A DNA stretch of 64,000 bases from Camelus dromedarius (GCF_036321535.1 NC_087447.1:48920001-48984000), one strand, 5' to 3'; positions 24,188-38,927 are shown, numbered from the stretch's first letter. The notes: a model not told the origin generated them from the letters alone. Made by a program: numbers and translations.

Positions 24188-27100
24188 AGATTCATGCTTT
24201 AGAAAGATCATTCTGGCTGCAGTACAGAAAATAGAAGAAGGCATGACTAGATAGAAGGTGTTCTGGATATTTTCTGTTTGCCTCTCCAGATACTCTCTCC
24301 ACCATACTCCTGTTCTGTGTCCCAGAAGTTTGATCTGTGTGGGCTCCCAACGGGCTGGAAAGTTTTGCCTTTTAGGTGTCTCACTCTGAAGTGGAGTTAG
24401 GGAGGGCCCTTTGGCAATTTATTTCTTTATTCTCTGTATGTTGAACCTAAAGGACTTAGGGCCACCACTATCCCCTTAAAACAAATGAATTGACCAAATG
24501 AAAGAGGGAATTGGTTGCTTGGAATCTTGGGCCAGAGCCTAGAGGGAGAAGGATAGAGTCTCTGAAGGTAGGGAAGAGAGGAAGAAAGACCAAGGAGATG
24601 GGAGGGAGGTGCAGAGAGAGAAAGAGTGAGAGCGGTTGAGGATTCTGGTTGGACTTATAGGTATCTAGAGGGGAATCTTTTTTAACTGAAATGTAGTCGA
24701 TTTACAATGTTAGTTTCAGATGTACAGCAAAGCGATTCAGTTATACATATACATACATACATATAGAGGGGAAATTTAAAGAAATTAAAGAATTCTTTTT
24801 CTTCACCAATGTGCTTGCTTGTTAAACAGAACTTTTTCTTTTCTGGCCAGGACTGCATTCAAACCTCACTAAACACTAAAAACATAACTAAGGGGCTAAC
24901 ATTCATTCATTCCACAGCCTCCTGAATGTGCCAAATACTGTACCTAAAGCTGGCTCCACCAAAGCTGGCTCAGCCCCCACAACCCTGCCTGCCTAGTGCG
25001 CGGCCGAATTCTCAGCACCTGTATTATCCTACCATGTAGTAACTGCTCACTAGGTATTTGTTGAATATAGGAATGCTAGGATGAATGTTAGGTGCACTAT
25101 AATTTCTCCAGTGATATCTCAGCTCCATGGGGGGGGGGTGACATCTGCTTAGATTACTTTTATTCCTCACTGATAATTATAGGCTCAAGAGTTATCCTTA
25201 TAAAATATAGATCTATATGCAACGCTCCCTTGATCCAAATTTCAATGGTTCCCCCAGTAGCCTGAGTTTATTTCTCTGAAAAATGGCGATAATAATATAC
25301 TTACCTCACAGGGTTACTTGAGGTTTAAATGAGATAGATATATTATTGGTTGGCATGTGCCTAGCACATGGGAGTTGCTCAATGAATTCTAGTTCCTTTT
25401 CTTCTCCAATTTTCTAGCCTCATGTCCAGCCCAATGTTCTGGCCACATCAAATTCCTTATCAGTCCAGCACAGATCCTGAACTTTTATACATTTTTTTTT
25501 TTTGCCTCTGCTCTTGTTTCCCTCTGCCTGGAATGCCTTCCTTCCTCTGTGTCTACCTAGTGAACTCCTCCTCATCCTCCAAAACAGAACTCAAATGTCT
25601 CCTCCTCTGTGAAACTTTTCCCACCTCTTCTCACCAGCTTTGCTTTCTTGCTTCCATAACACCTTATATGTGTTTCACCTTTATAGCTTGTACTTCTGTT
25701 ATAATTCTCTCTTTTTTTCTGTTATAATTATTCATGTATAGTTTTGCCTGTTAGGGTTAGGCTGTTAAGAGGGCCAGGGACCAAGTCTTGTTTGTATTTG
25801 TAGTGTCTGGAAAGAATCGGAGGAGGCTGGAAAGATGACAGGTAGAATGGATAGCTTTGCAAAAAGAACTACTTCTTCCTCTGAAACAAAAAGGAAGGAA
25901 CTGAAGATGGGTAATGGTAAGAATGTGACAAGAACCTTTAAAGCAAAAGGGAAGGGGCCAAATCTCAAGGGGAAATCTGGCTTGAGGGAAGAAGAGTACA
26001 GGAAGAAGAGGCCACCAGGAGAGGTGAGGAGGGCAAAGGAGGGGTGGTGCTGATGCGGTCCAAGGGACTGAGCCTTCTGCTTCCTGGGTGTGTGAGGACT
26101 CAGGAGGGACTTAGTGCCTGGGTTGGCAAGAAGGGGTTTTTGGGGTCTGCAGGGAGCAACAGCCTGGCTGTACTTGGAACTAAGCCGAGTGGCCTTGCTT
26201 CATATTTGAGTCTTTTAGTTCATCAGGAAGAAGCTGGAGCTTCCAGCTGGAGGGAAGAGGGAAGGTTTGCAGTGATGTGGATGAGGAGGGCTACAGGGAT
26301 AGCGGGGATATGGACCATGGAGTGCTGGTTAGGCACACACTTTGAGAAGGATGGCAGGGAATTCTGGCAGCTATACAACCCTCAGAAAGGACGACAGGAG
26401 AGGCAGAGCAAAGGCAGCTGGAGAGCAAGCACTGGTAGGTGTTCCTCAATGACTGCATTAAAGTGAGTCTGTGAGTCTGTCTTCCCTTGGTGGACTGTGG
26501 TCCAGGTTGGGGCTTAGGCAAAAAGCAACACATGCAACTCGGGCTGTTTCTACTCTAGGCTTCAGACTAAGCTTCTTGGATCATCTCATAACTTACCAAG
26601 CAGCCCTGACAAGCATTTTCAGGTGACACTTCAAAAACAACAAACCAATGTCTCAGTCAGAGTCCTTTGATGCAAACAACAGAACTTGTAATTTAAAGGA
26701 CAAAAAAAAAAAAAAAGGAATTTCCTCAAAAGATATAGAGAGTTCACAGGAAGGCTAGAGAGCTGAGTGTGGAAAATAGGTTATAACCCAGGCAGCAGGC
26801 ACCACAGCCAAGTTCGTGCCTCAGGCACAATCTGGAATTCTCACCGTCACCCTGGTAGGGACACTCCTCTCTGGACCCCAACCCCCAACGGATCCACTGT
26901 GGTTGGACATCCATTGTCTCTTTCTGTGAATAATTATAAACCTGTCAATATGTCTTTGTGTCATTCCTTGAAGTGTCAAAGTTCAGAGAGGAGTGGCCAG
27001 GTGGCTGAGCCTAGGTCATAGGTCATGTTCTGACTGCTGTGGGGCAGGGACCTTCTCCCTGGTTCAACTTCCCTCATCTCAGCAATACTGTGTAGAATGG

Positions 27101-27574
27101 GCTTTCCCCCAAACAGGAAGAAGTTTTGGATGCTGATGGTAAACTAAACAGAACAAAATATCCACCATGGCCTCATTTTTCAGGCTGCTTTTCCTTCCCA
27201 GTTGCACTCTTGTAAGTTGTCAATTGTGATCATAATCTCAGGCTCCTGGACTTGACACTTTAAAACCATCCTTATCACACTCATTTTCCCATGTAGTGAA
27301 TAACTCTCCAAGTTTCTTGGATTTGCCTTGCCTTCTGTCACAGCTACTGCTTTAGTAAAGATTACTTTGACAACAGCGTAAAGAGGAGAGACTGGAAACT
27401 GGGACTCAGACTTCGAGAATGTTAGAGCTAGAAAGAACTTTGGATTGATATATTGTAATGGTCTTATCTAGGAGTAATGATTAGAATTCCTATGATATTA
27501 TAAAAATTTTACATGCTGGCATCCCACTCAGTTTTTGGGGTTCAGTAGATTTGAGGAAGGACTTTGGCATGTTT

Positions 27575-27597
27575 TGTGTGTGTGTGTGTGTGTGTGT
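27575..27597 (+). repeat. (TG)n microsatellite
   Basis: About 11 TG units, seen directly. Confidence 0.9.
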
Positions 27598-28559
27598 CTT
27601 AGCTGCATCCCTGGTTGAGAACTGCTGAATTCCAATTCTCTTATTTTAAAGATGAGGTGACTAAGGCTCAGAGAGACTATCTGTTTGAAATCATACAAGT
27701 TAATAAAAGGAAGAAAGTGGCCATGACTAACCCTAGATCTTCCACTTTTGGTCTCGTGCTACTCAAAACTCTTGCTTTTTCCCTCTGCAAAAAGAAATTT
27801 CCTGTCTTTATTTGTATCCAAGAAGGCATGCTAAACTTCTGTGGTTCAGCTGCTCCAACAGTAAATACACTTCAGATTAAGAGCCCCAAACTGTCAAGAG
27901 TGAACAGCCCACACCAAGGGCCCTGTTTCTAATGGTAATTGGCTTGATCTCTGGACCACAGGCCTCCCTTCTCAGAATCTGGGCAAAGCATCCTCAAAAA
28001 CCTCAAGTGGAAAGTGAAATGAAGAGGACCCCTGGATAAAGGACAGTCTGGCCGAGGCCATATTTCTGTGTTTGGCAGGATTCTGACTGTCTGGGCCTCT
28101 GTGCACACAAGCCCTTGTTTTAATTACTCATTGACCCTTCTTCAATTCTTGACTGTCCTTTAGCCATCTGGTTCTCATTTGGGAAATCCATTTCTTTTTT
28201 CTGCTGACTTCCACCAATCATTCTGCTTTGGACTGGTTTACTATCAGCTTAGGCACTGTTTCCAGGCAATCTCATGGAGACCCAGGGCCTCTGATGCCTT
28301 CCATTACATTATGTTGCTTTTTAAAATTTTGCACTCCTTGCAAAACTTGTGCTTCCTATAAAGATTCCCAACAGGAAATGCCACTTGCTTAATGTCTTCC
28401 TGCTCCAAATCTACTTTAATGCAAAAAAAAAAGCAAAGGATGGGAAAATTGCTGTAGCAGAACCATCTCTCTATCAGAGGGGATTCATTGTTTCTTCCAT
28501 ATCCTCTGCATCCAGAAAGGGGATTGGCAACAAATCTGAGCACCTCACTCAGTGATTAA

Positions 28560-29270
28560 GCCAAGCAGGAGTGATGCGGTCAGAGCTGTCCTATAGGAAG
28601 CAACTCTAAGAACTGTGGAGGATGGATTGGAGGAAGAGACTCTGGGCAGGGAGAAAATTTGTAGAAGCTACTGCAATAATCCAGGTGAGAGATGATGAGA
28701 CCTGAATTGGGCAGTGGGAGTGGGATGAAGAGGAGAGGACAGGTGGGAAAATGGTAATTTCGGCGGGAGAGCTGACAGGTGTGGGAGATGAGGGAGAAGT
28801 AAAGATTACCACGTTTGGAGGTTGAGGAACTGGGAGAATAGTACCTTTAATGGAATGAAGGGAATAAGAAGAGCTGTTTTGAAAGGAGGGTGGAAAACAG
28901 TGACTTTAGTTTTGCACACGAAGGATGCAGACATCCCAAATGATGTTTTTTCCATCAGGCAGTTGAATATGCAGGGCTGGACTCAGGAGCGCACTGCAGG
29001 TATCAATTCAGGAGTTTCAGCTGGAAGAAAACGTGAGGTGGTTTGGGGGCTGGACGGCAGTGCATGGAAAAGAGTGAGAAGAGAAGAGGACTGAGGCCTG
29101 AGCCTAGAGGAATACCTGGTTTTAAGCCCCAAACAAGGGGAAGGGCTCAAGAAAGGAGTCTGAGAAGGAAAAAAAACTAGGAAAGTGTGGTTTTTGCCAG
29201 CCAAGAGAAGGAAGTTTCAGGAAGGGATGCGGAGAGAGGACTGACAAGAAGCTGTTATTTTTGGCAGTTA
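28560..29270 (-). mobile_element. Old L2 LINE fragment upstream of RNF169
   Basis: L2-typical purine-rich text (gctactgcaataatccaggtgagagatgatg; gcagttgaatatgcagggctgg). Confidence 0.6.
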
Positions 29271-29569
29271 GTTGCTGGTAACAGTGGGCCTGGTCTTAGT
29301 CCCAACAGCTTACCCCCCCATCGAATGAAGCACTGAGGCAGAGTTCTGGATTATTCACATTCTCCCCACCCACTTTAGCCTCAGTTGTCAGGGTATTGCA
29401 GGATAAGTAAGTGTAAATACTTTATAAAATTTAATATCGCTCAGAGTTTCCAAATAAATCCTCTCAGTTCTCAACCTGATTTGGTTCAAAAAGAGGAAAC
29501 TGCAAAGGCTGGAAGACGAGGCTAAGAACGGATATATAAAGGATAACTAATAAATATTAATGAGGCTTC

Positions 29570-30340
29570 ACCTCCCGCCAACCAGGGCCCGGGAGAACCT
29601 CCTCTGAATCCCCGCCCCTCATGAATATTCAGATAGCGCTGCCGCCGCGCACTGCCCCGCCCTCTACTCTTCTCCCTCGCAACGGACTCTCCCTTCAAAC
29701 GGGAAACAAGATGGCGGCGGCAGGTCCGAGTACTCGGGCTTCTTCCGCGGCGGCAGCGGCGGCTCTGCGTCGGCGAGGTCGGCGGGGCCGCTGTGACGAG
29801 ATGGCGGCAGCCAAGACTGGGGCCCCGGGCCCAGCTTCTGGCCCCGCGCTGCTGGTGTTGCCACCGTCGTTGCTGCAGCCGCCGCCTCCGCCGCGGCCGG
29901 AGGAGTCGGGCTGCGCTGGGTGCCTGGAGACCCCGGGGGAAGCGGCGGCCCTGCCGTGCGGCCACTCGTTGTGCAGAAGCTGCGCCCAGCGCGCCGCCGA
30001 CGCGGCGGGCCCGGGTTGCCCGCGCTGCCGCGCCCGCGGCCCAGGGTGGGCCCGCCGTCGGGCCCGCGACGACGGGCAGGCCGACGCGGAGGTGCTGGGC
30101 GAGCGCGCCCGTCGCGGCCCACCCGAGCGCTGCTGCCTGCGTCGGGACGGGGGCGCGGCCGCCGCGGGGCCCAGGCCGGAGCAGGAGCCGCGCGCCGCGC
30201 CCGCGGAGCCAGGTGGAGCTTCCCCTCCTCCCTTTGGGGTCCCGAGTGAGGCCACCGCGCCCCGGCCAGGCCTGGTCAGGGGGTGGAGGGCCCCAGGCCC
30301 TGCTCGAGCGGTTGTGGAGTGGTCTCGTCGGGTTGGAATC
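29570..30340 (+). promoter_or_regulatory. RNF169: RNF169 CpG island and promoter
   Basis: Very CpG-rich over exon 1. GC boxes (CCCCGCCCC at about 29609, GCCCCGCCC at about 29654). YY1 motif AAGATGGCGGC overlaps the start codon (29708-29718). Confidence 0.9.
29711..30212 (+). CDS. RNF169: E3 ubiquitin-protein ligase RNF169, coding exon 1 (502 bp) with C3HC4 RING
   Basis: MAAAGPSTRASSAAAAAAL...CAGCLETPGEAAALPCGHSLCRSCAQRAADAAGPGCPRC...RAAPAEP matches recalled RNF169. RING begins at 29912. Phase-1 donor CAG|gtggag joins exon 2 in frame. Confidence 0.97.
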
Positions 30341-33300
30341 GGGCTCTGCCTAGGTGCAGTGTTTCTGAATTTTGTTTCTGAATTTTGAACTTCGGAATGA
30401 AGTAGGGGCATGATGGATTTGGAGGGGCAGTGAAAGTATCCCGCGCCTTACCTGAATCAGAAGTTTGGGGGGAACCAAAGCATTCTTGGAACAAGTTAGG
30501 GCCAGGTTGGAATTGTTGAGTCGAGGAGGGTATTGAACTTTGCAGGGGCCGTGGAGAATCAGAGAAGTGCTTGGTTTAGTATTGGGTGAAGAGCTTGAGG
30601 TTGAATTGCGTGTGAAGATGTGATCTTAGGCGTGAATGGATGGGTCAGTGAGGAGTATCCAGAGTTTAGGGGACAGGTTGCTTTTGAGGATGTGAAGGGA
30701 GCTTTTCAGGCTTGAGGGTAGAGTGAGTTGAGAGAATGAGCTCACATGTGCAGCTTTCACAAAATCTTAATACATGCTTAACACAGAGCTTGGCTAGAGA
30801 AGTAGTAAGCGACGCCTTTATATATTTATAATAATACTAATAATAAGCTCCAGTGGTGCTCGACAAAAAAAGATGGATGGGTTTAAAAGTCTTGGAAACG
30901 GAGATTGGTTGACGGGGACGCCTTCTATCTCCATTGAAGTGTCAGTTTCCTCCTATTATCCTGGCAATTAAAAGCCTGTTGAAGGAATGATGCCTTCAAC
31001 TTCTTCGCCTTTCTTACCCCTCCTCCCCTCAGCAGCGTGCTACTCTTTGGTGCTGAGATTGACGTAGAAAGTGCCCTGTTTAAAACACAAAACAAAACTG
31101 TGTTACAGCTTAGGACTCCGAGACACGCCCAGTCAACACAGCATCTACAGTTCTTTGATAGAAGCTTGCCTAGGAAGAGATTTTTCAAGAAACATAACCA
31201 GGAAAGGCCAGATATTTGCAACTTTTGTGTTGGGAATTCTGCCGTGTGTTATTTTCAATAGGGAAAAGGAGGCATTGCTTGTGTATAAAAGTACAATCCC
31301 TAGAAATTACAGGTTCCAGAATGAAGTCTGTTTTGATTCAAACAGCCAGACACCTGCCACTGTCCTAGGATGCCTTACTTTTATTTCTGTGTCTTACTTT
31401 CTGTGTTCCTTATTATTCCTTTTAAACTTCATAACCTCCTTATGAGCTAGGTACTTTTATTTCCATTTTACAGATGAAACTGAGGCCAGGAGAGGTTAAT
31501 AATTTGCCCAAGGATGAAAACCGAATTCTATCTGATTCCTGCTCAGATTCGGGATGAAGTCCTCCCTAAATGTTATCTAATTTGTGGATGTTGTGTAATC
31601 ATCTCATATACTATTTAATTTGCTTCAAATTCTGAGATTATGGTAAAAAAAAAAAAGACAGTATTTTTCTAGTCTCCCTATTAGCACTATTGACTATATG
31701 GTCAAATAGGATAGAAATTTCAATTTTTATTTCCAAAGCCTGGATTCTCTTGTGAAATAACAGGTCTGAGATTTGAACCATGAGAGGGAGTATGGCTTGA
31801 TGATTTGTGCAAACTTTTTCCCTTGAAGAAATTTGTGTATCAGTGATAAAGGAAAAATATATAAAATGAGATTCCAAATTGGGATCTATCGAGTCACTGA
31901 GTCCCATCAGTTACTTTATATGTTTATATGAGGACCATAATGAAAAATATTTTTCCTTAAATGTTCTTGTTGTTGGGTCATTGGGTGTACATAATTACAT
32001 GCTTATTAAGTCAAGGACATTATAGAAGAATATTGCCGAACAGGGTTTGGGGAATTATCTTCTAGCTTCTGGTTGTCTAGACCTCTTGAAGTTACATGCA
32101 GTATTTTTTAATTTAAAATTTTAATAGGCAATTCACATAACTCAAACAAAAATATAAGAAAGTATACAATGAAAAGTTCCTCATACCCCTTTCTTCATTT
32201 CCCTGTCCCACCAAAGATTTGTGTTTGTTCTTCCACGGTTTCTTTATGCTTATACATGGGAATTCAAATATATTTGTTTTATTTCTTGATCTTTTTACAT
32301 AAAAATTATATATTATACACACGTTCTGTAACTTGGTTTTTTCATGTGACAATACATGATATATCTTTTCATATCAGTACATAGAAGATTTCTTCAGTCT
32401 ACTTACAAGGAGTTGCAAGGAATTTCATTGAATGGCTGTGACATAATTTACTTAACCATCTATTAGTAGACATTTAGGTTGTTAACAGTCTTTTGCTATT
32501 ATAAATTATAGCTTATAAAATAAGTTTATATGTACATTTTTATGAAGAGGTCACCTGTAACTTTCACCATACTCTGAAATGGTTGCAAAAAAAAAAAAAA
32601 AAGGTTAAGAACCACTCTTTTAACCCAGGCCCACATTCTACAGAAGAGAGAACTGAGGCCCAGAACAGTTAGAAAGAGTGCCAGCTAAAGGTCATTGGGG
32701 TCATAGTAGCAGATAAACAAGGGCTGAAACATAGCCTAGTTCCCCATTAAATGCTCATGATGCTTTTAACAGGGAAAATAAAAGTACCAGTTTTATAAAT
32801 ATTTACATTGTACTTTTACCAGTGGGAAACAGCACAGAATTAGCAGTTTTAGGTATATTCAGAAGTATTTTGCTTAGCAGTATTCTTTTGGCATAATTAC
32901 ATTAATTGATAAAAGAAAGGTCAGGCCTGCTTTATAAAATTGGAAATGAAACTTTGTAGTAAATTCACTGATTTTTAAGTGACATTCTTACAATTAAAAA
33001 AAAATTTTGTTGAAGCCCCATGGCTCTTTTGGAGTTGGATCATTTATGAAAAAAGTGCAAGAGTTTGTGTGTATTGAAAATTTTGGTTGCGCTTGGTGAC
33101 ATTTTTGTTTTTTGCCTGCTTCTTGGCAAACTTTAAAGTTCAGAACCTTAATAACATCTGTTATAAAGTGTTTTATTTTTTTCTTATATACATTGTCAGT
33201 TTGCTTTTAGAAACAGTATCAGTTGATTTGTTGTACAGCAGTGTGTGTGAAGGATTAAGTCAGTGATCATTTCAAGATGAACCCAGATTTCAACTTTATG

Positions 33301-36300
33301 TACTTTGAGTCTCTGCAGCTCATTGTATATATCTACATATTAAGTATTTGGACCATCTTGAGCAATATTCAGCAAGTATGTAATGAGTGCCTACTCTCTG
33401 CCAGGCACTGTTCTAGGTCTTTGGATGACAGTGAATAGAAATATTACTTGAGCTTATAGTCTAATATTTCATTGATAAATGAAATGTTATTCTAGAGTCC
33501 TGGTTCATTGGTTTAAAAAAAAGATTTACCACACAGATGTACATAGCTATATGCAACAAGAACATTTAAGCCTCGTTGATAATAATTAATGAATTTTAAG
33601 AATTTATTTAGTCTTTTGATTTGAAATGAAGGATGATCATTCTAAATTATGCTGCTCTTGAGCTGGAAACCAAGACCTTTTTAGGGTAGTTCTTTTTCTT
33701 CTACCATGGGTGATAATTGAGGAGAAAAGCTAGAACAAAGGCTGATGAATCCTTCAAATTGGCATTTTTTAATTTGTAGTGTTAAAAGTACATTTCAAAA
33801 ATTGAATAAGGCCAATAAATTGAATAGTACCCCATTTATTCCTTCCCTTTATTCCACTCCAACCTCCTTGTTCACTTAGGGTTAACATTTATACATTAAA
33901 AAAGTTTCCTCTTTCTGTGAAAAACAAGTAGTTCTGGTTTATTACTCAGTTGGCAGACAGTGTGTGCTGTGTGTGCAACCTAAATTGCATTTAGGACTAA
34001 TGAATAACGAAATCATGTGATTTTAGTGTGAAAGGACAGGAATTTCCCTCATTTCAAGGGATTTATTTTAAAATGTATAAAGTGACTCAAGTTTTTTTTA
34101 TCTTTAATAACACATATTCCAGAATTTGAGAGTGTCCTTATGTATTATACTAATGTGGAAATATTTGCCTTGTGTTTATGCGGTTTTTAAAACTCAGGAT
34201 GAGATTAAACCTTAATTACCATTGATGGAATAGCTCCATTATGTAAAATTCAGGATTGAACAGCAGGAACTTAGGTAGTATTTGTTTTTATTCATATTTC
34301 TACTCCCTATATAACTTCCAGTCAATCGTGGAAGACTTACCTACCTTGAATTCATTTATGTTTGAATTTGCTTGAGTGTAGGATGTATGATATGTCTGTC
34401 AAATTTCATTCGGCTAATTCAGTGAGCATTTAGGGCATGCACTGTGTAGGATAATACAGTAAAAAAGATGAGTGAGACATGGTTCCTGTTGTTTAAGATT
34501 CCACAGTCTGGTTGGGGAAACATACCTTATCACATACAATATGAAGTGGTAAGTGAGGTAAATGCATAATGCCAAGAAGAGTAGAGGAATGGATAACTGA
34601 CAGTCTGGAGGAAACCTGAGGATGGCATTTGCACTGTGTGTTGGAAAAAGAGTAGGAATTCACCAGGTGAGGGAGGAGGGGATGACTATTCCAGGCAGAA
34701 GAACCTGCATGTACAAAGGCATGAAGGCACTTGGCATGTACAGGGACTGACAAGAAGTTAAATATAGATGGAATGTGGGGCTGGAGTGGGGAAGGAGATG
34801 AGAAGAAACTACAGAAGTTGGATCTTGAAGGTCATGGTATGTCATGCTGAAGGAATTTGGGACTTTATCCTATAGACAGTGTGGAGCCCTTAAAAATGTT
34901 CAAGTAATGGAATGACATTGTCATAATGTGCTTTAGAAAGACACTATTCATTGGAATGTGGAGGAAAATTGTGAGTAGAAACTGGAGGAAGGGAGTCCAG
35001 TTAGGGGACTGTTTTAGTAGTTCAGACATGAGATGAAGAGGGGCTGAACTAAAGCAGTGACTGGGATGGTTCCTTCACTTATTCATTAATTTAGTAACCA
35101 TTTGAGGTGAGAGCCTTCTGTGTGTTAGGCAGTGGAACTACAAATAGAAATAAAGCATAATTCTGTCTCTTAAGGTCAGTGTAGTTGAGAAGATTGATAT
35201 ATAAACATGCAGCTGGAATGTGGTATAATAAGTACAGTAATAACTAATGCAAGATGTAATTGTAGAAGACAATATGGCATATATTAATAGAGCAAGTTAA
35301 TGCAGCAGGGTCTGAGGACAGACTATCTGTGTTCAAATTCCAGGCCTGCCATTTATAGCTGTGTGTCATTGGGCACATTGCTTAACCTCTCTGTACCTTA
35401 GTTTCCTCATTTTGGAAATGGGGATAGTAATGGTAGCAGAGTCATAATGTGGTTCTTAAGACTAAATGAGTTATTAGGATGAATTATTAGCATATAAAGA
35501 GCTCAAGAATTGTAGATATTTTTATGAAAAAAGAGAACCCAGCTTGGGTGGGTCAGGAATGGCTTCAGTGAAAGGCAGACACTTGACCATGAGTATTAAG
35601 TAGGTGGTTGAGGGCAGAATAAAACTGAGGGAAATCAATACATTTAAAAGCATAGGAGTATTACACAAAAAGAGTTCTAGGGATTGCATATAGGCGTAGT
35701 TGGAGCATGGAGTACATGTGGGAGAGTGGAAGGAGGGCAGAAGTGCAGAAATAAGCAATTACTGGATACTGGTGGACTTGGAATGCCATGCTAGGGAGGG
35801 AGGATCCACTGAAGAGTTTTAAAGAGGAGTTCATCTTTCCATTTTAGAGAGATCACTCCTATGGGGGTAATGTAGCAAATGTATTGGAGATCCCAAATTC
35901 TCTTTTAGCAAGACAGCTAACTGATATTAGCTGAAGATTTTGCTGCTACAAGAATCCAGAAAAGCTGGATGATATACAACAGGTCTTTTATGTGCATTTC
36001 TGAGCTTACAGGAAAGACAGGAAAATCTCTAGATTCCAAAAACAAAAATGGAACGAAAAACCAAAACTTCAGTAAGCCCTCTAGCTCATGCTGTGATGCC
36101 CTGGACAAAGATGAAGGAAGGGAATGAGGGGTTATTTCTGGTTTTCTATTCCTAGTGACTGAATGTTAACTGTGTGGAAAAAAAGAACCAAAACTAAGAC
36201 TTCTGCATCAAGCTGGGATTCTTGATGTGTTGCATCCTAGGTAAAAGGGTGGATTAGAGAGGAATCTTCCCACTGAAGCAAGGCAATAATAAGAAATATT

Positions 36301-38110
36301 GTCTTTATTTGCCTGGGCTTTATGCAAAAAGGAAATGGAAAAAAGCGTCCCTGAGAATTTGAAGCGCAAGAACTATGCCTTGCTCATTTTTGGGATTTGA
36401 GTTTACATTATATGGTTCAGGTATCCCCATGCTGAGAAATTAGTGTAAAAACTGGCTCCAAGTCAGTGATACCCCTGGGTCACCTGGAGAAATGAAAAGC
36501 AACACTAATGTGTACTCCCATATCTCAGGCCATGAGGGATTCTTACAGAAGAAATAAGTGTAACTGAAGATGAATTTACAATGAAAAATGACACACAAGG
36601 AAACAGTTTTCTACCTTAAATGAAGGTCAGTAGATACAACAAGCAGGAGGATTATAGCTCTAAGAACTGGGATAGGAGAATGGCAGTTTGAAAGATAGTT
36701 TAAATTAGCACATTAAACAATTAATTGACATCCCAGTAAATGAATAAGACATGAAACAGGTACATTTGAAAAAGAACTAAATGTAATGAAAAATACAGCC
36801 AGAGGTTAAAAAAAATCTCCGTAAATAAGTTAAGCAGTAGTTTACACAGATGAAAATAGTAAGTTGGGAGTTAGATATGCGGAAATCTGAGTGCAGAACA
36901 GGAAGATGAAGGAAAATGTGAAAGAGGTGGAGAAATGAAAGAATAAGCAAAAAGACCGAAATCTAATAGCAATTTCAGAAGGAAAAAAAAATAAAACAAG
37001 AGAAATGGAATTTTAAGAGATGATGACTTAAGAGTTTTTGAAATTAATAAAGAAAACATGAATCTTTAGGCTTAAGACTCTTGAGAGCCTAGCAAGAATT
37101 AAATGAGCAAGACAACAAACCCCACAACTAAACACATTGCAGTGAAACTGTTCAATACCAGACACTTTTAAAAACAACCAGAAAAGAAGGACAAAGGAGT
37201 AAGAATCAGACTGACAGCAGATGTCTCTTAACAACAGAGGCCAGAAGAAAATTGAATAATGTCTTCCAAATGTTGAGAGATTTGAATTTCATACTGAGCT
37301 AAGTTATCATTCAAGAGTGAGGGCAAAATAAAAGTATTTTCAGATAAATAAAAATACAGAGACTTTACCACATTATTTCTGAAAGAACAGTTACACTAAA
37401 GAATATACTTCCAGAAGAAAGAAATGTAACTTAGGGGAGAAAGTAGGATACAAGAAGTCATGGTGAACAAAGAAATTGGTAGGTAAACTAAGCATTGACT
37501 ATATAAAACAAAAATAATTATGACTAATTTGTGGGGGCTAAAACCAAAGTGGAAGTAAAATATCAGACAAGGATAAATTGTAAGCTGAGAGGGAAGGTGA
37601 TCAGTATTAGTGAGTTATATATAGTTCAGGAGGAGGATAGAAATATTGATTAACTTTTAGGCTTATAGTTAAATGCATATTAAAAATTTAAGGGTAACCA
37701 CTAAAGAAAAGAAGTACAATGTATAACTTGATCTATTGCACATACATAGAACCATACACCTCCCAAATCAGAGAATATACATTCTTTTTAAACAAATGTG
37801 GAGCATTTACATAATTAGGCACAAAGAAAGTTTCACTAGATACTAAGGATTGATATGTATACCATGTTTCTGACCCCAATACAATAAAATTAGAAACTAA
37901 TAACAAATATAACCAATTCTGCCCACCTCCTGCCCATGTTTGGAAATTTAAAAAGTAAAAACAAAAAAAAACTTCTAAATAATGTATGGATTAAGAATAA
38001 AATCATGGGAATTGGAACATATTTGGAATTAAATAACAATGGAAACACTATCTGAAAACATCTGTGGAATACAGATAAAGCAATACTAAGAGGAAAATTT
38101 AAGTGCCTGT

Positions 38111-38927
38111 ATCATATTTCATTGAATTTTAAGATGTCATTCGTGAGATGGACTATTATTTTCCAATTACAATGCTTTCCTATCACTTAGATTTTTTAAC
38201 TTTACATTACTAAAAGAGCACTTAATAAATTTATGTAGATATAGATTTAGTATATCACTCATGCATATATTTATAAAAGGAAGTGAAGTAATAAATCAAA
38301 ATATTCCTGTGACTTCATACTCAGTCTGATTCTTCTAAATTATTTTTTGACTGACTTGTAGAGGGTTGTGTTTTTCTACATAGTATTGTTCACTATGTCA
38401 TTGAGAGCATTGGTGATACGTTTCTTAAGAATGCTCCACGGCTATCTGCAGCATTTTCTTTCAAAGTGCTGGCACCCATCAAATTTTGATGGTAATGTTT
38501 TCTTGAACTCGCTAAAAGGTATCATCAGAAGGTTTTTAGGTTTGTTTGTTTATTTTGATGGAAGCACTGGGGATTGAACCCAGGACCTCGAGCATGCTAG
38601 GCACACACTCTACCACTGAACTATCCCCTCCCCTTCACCAGAAGGTTTTTAGATGAGACTTGTAGGTCTTTAGATGGTCTGTAATAGGTTTGTTGACTAA
38701 CATTGAAAATTTACTGTTGTCCAGTCATACCACAAGGGATAACCACAAATTTACTACTTTTTTTGCGAGCTTATTCTTTAATTGTGCACATTCCTGCATA
38801 TATAAGCAATGACAGTGGCACCATCACTGCTGCCTGAGTAGGATTGTAAAACTCCAAGTGTGAGAAAGATCCCAATTTCAGAGATACTAATATGGAAAAA
38901 TTTATGTCCTAGAATCTATAAGGTATT
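38111..38927 (-). mobile_element. TcMar-Tigger (pogo-like) DNA transposon remnant
   Basis: Imperfect TIRs (atcatatttcattgaattttaagatg and atgtcctagaatctataaggtat). The minus strand near 38390-38445 retains a frameshifted VEHS.KK..ITNAL, like the pogo transposase C-terminus. Confidence 0.6.
38538..38633 (-). mobile_element. tRNA-derived SINE, camelid Vic-1-like, second copy
   Basis: Same consensus as 17750-17880 (B box GGTTCAATCC). TSD TCAYCAGAAGGTTTTT at about 38522-38537 and 38635-38650. Confidence 0.85.

Noticed and set aside
24998..25011. GCGCGGCCGAATTC, resembling a NotI/EcoRI cloning adaptor
   Set aside because: The NotI site is incomplete and the flanks are ordinary genomic sequence, so it is probably chance.
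29522..30411. Antisense and alternative-frame ORFs (147-238 aa), and the 255-aa ORF as a single-exon gene
   Set aside because: These are shadows of GC-rich RNF169 exon 1. The true frame splices at 30212, and the remaining codons are intron read-through.
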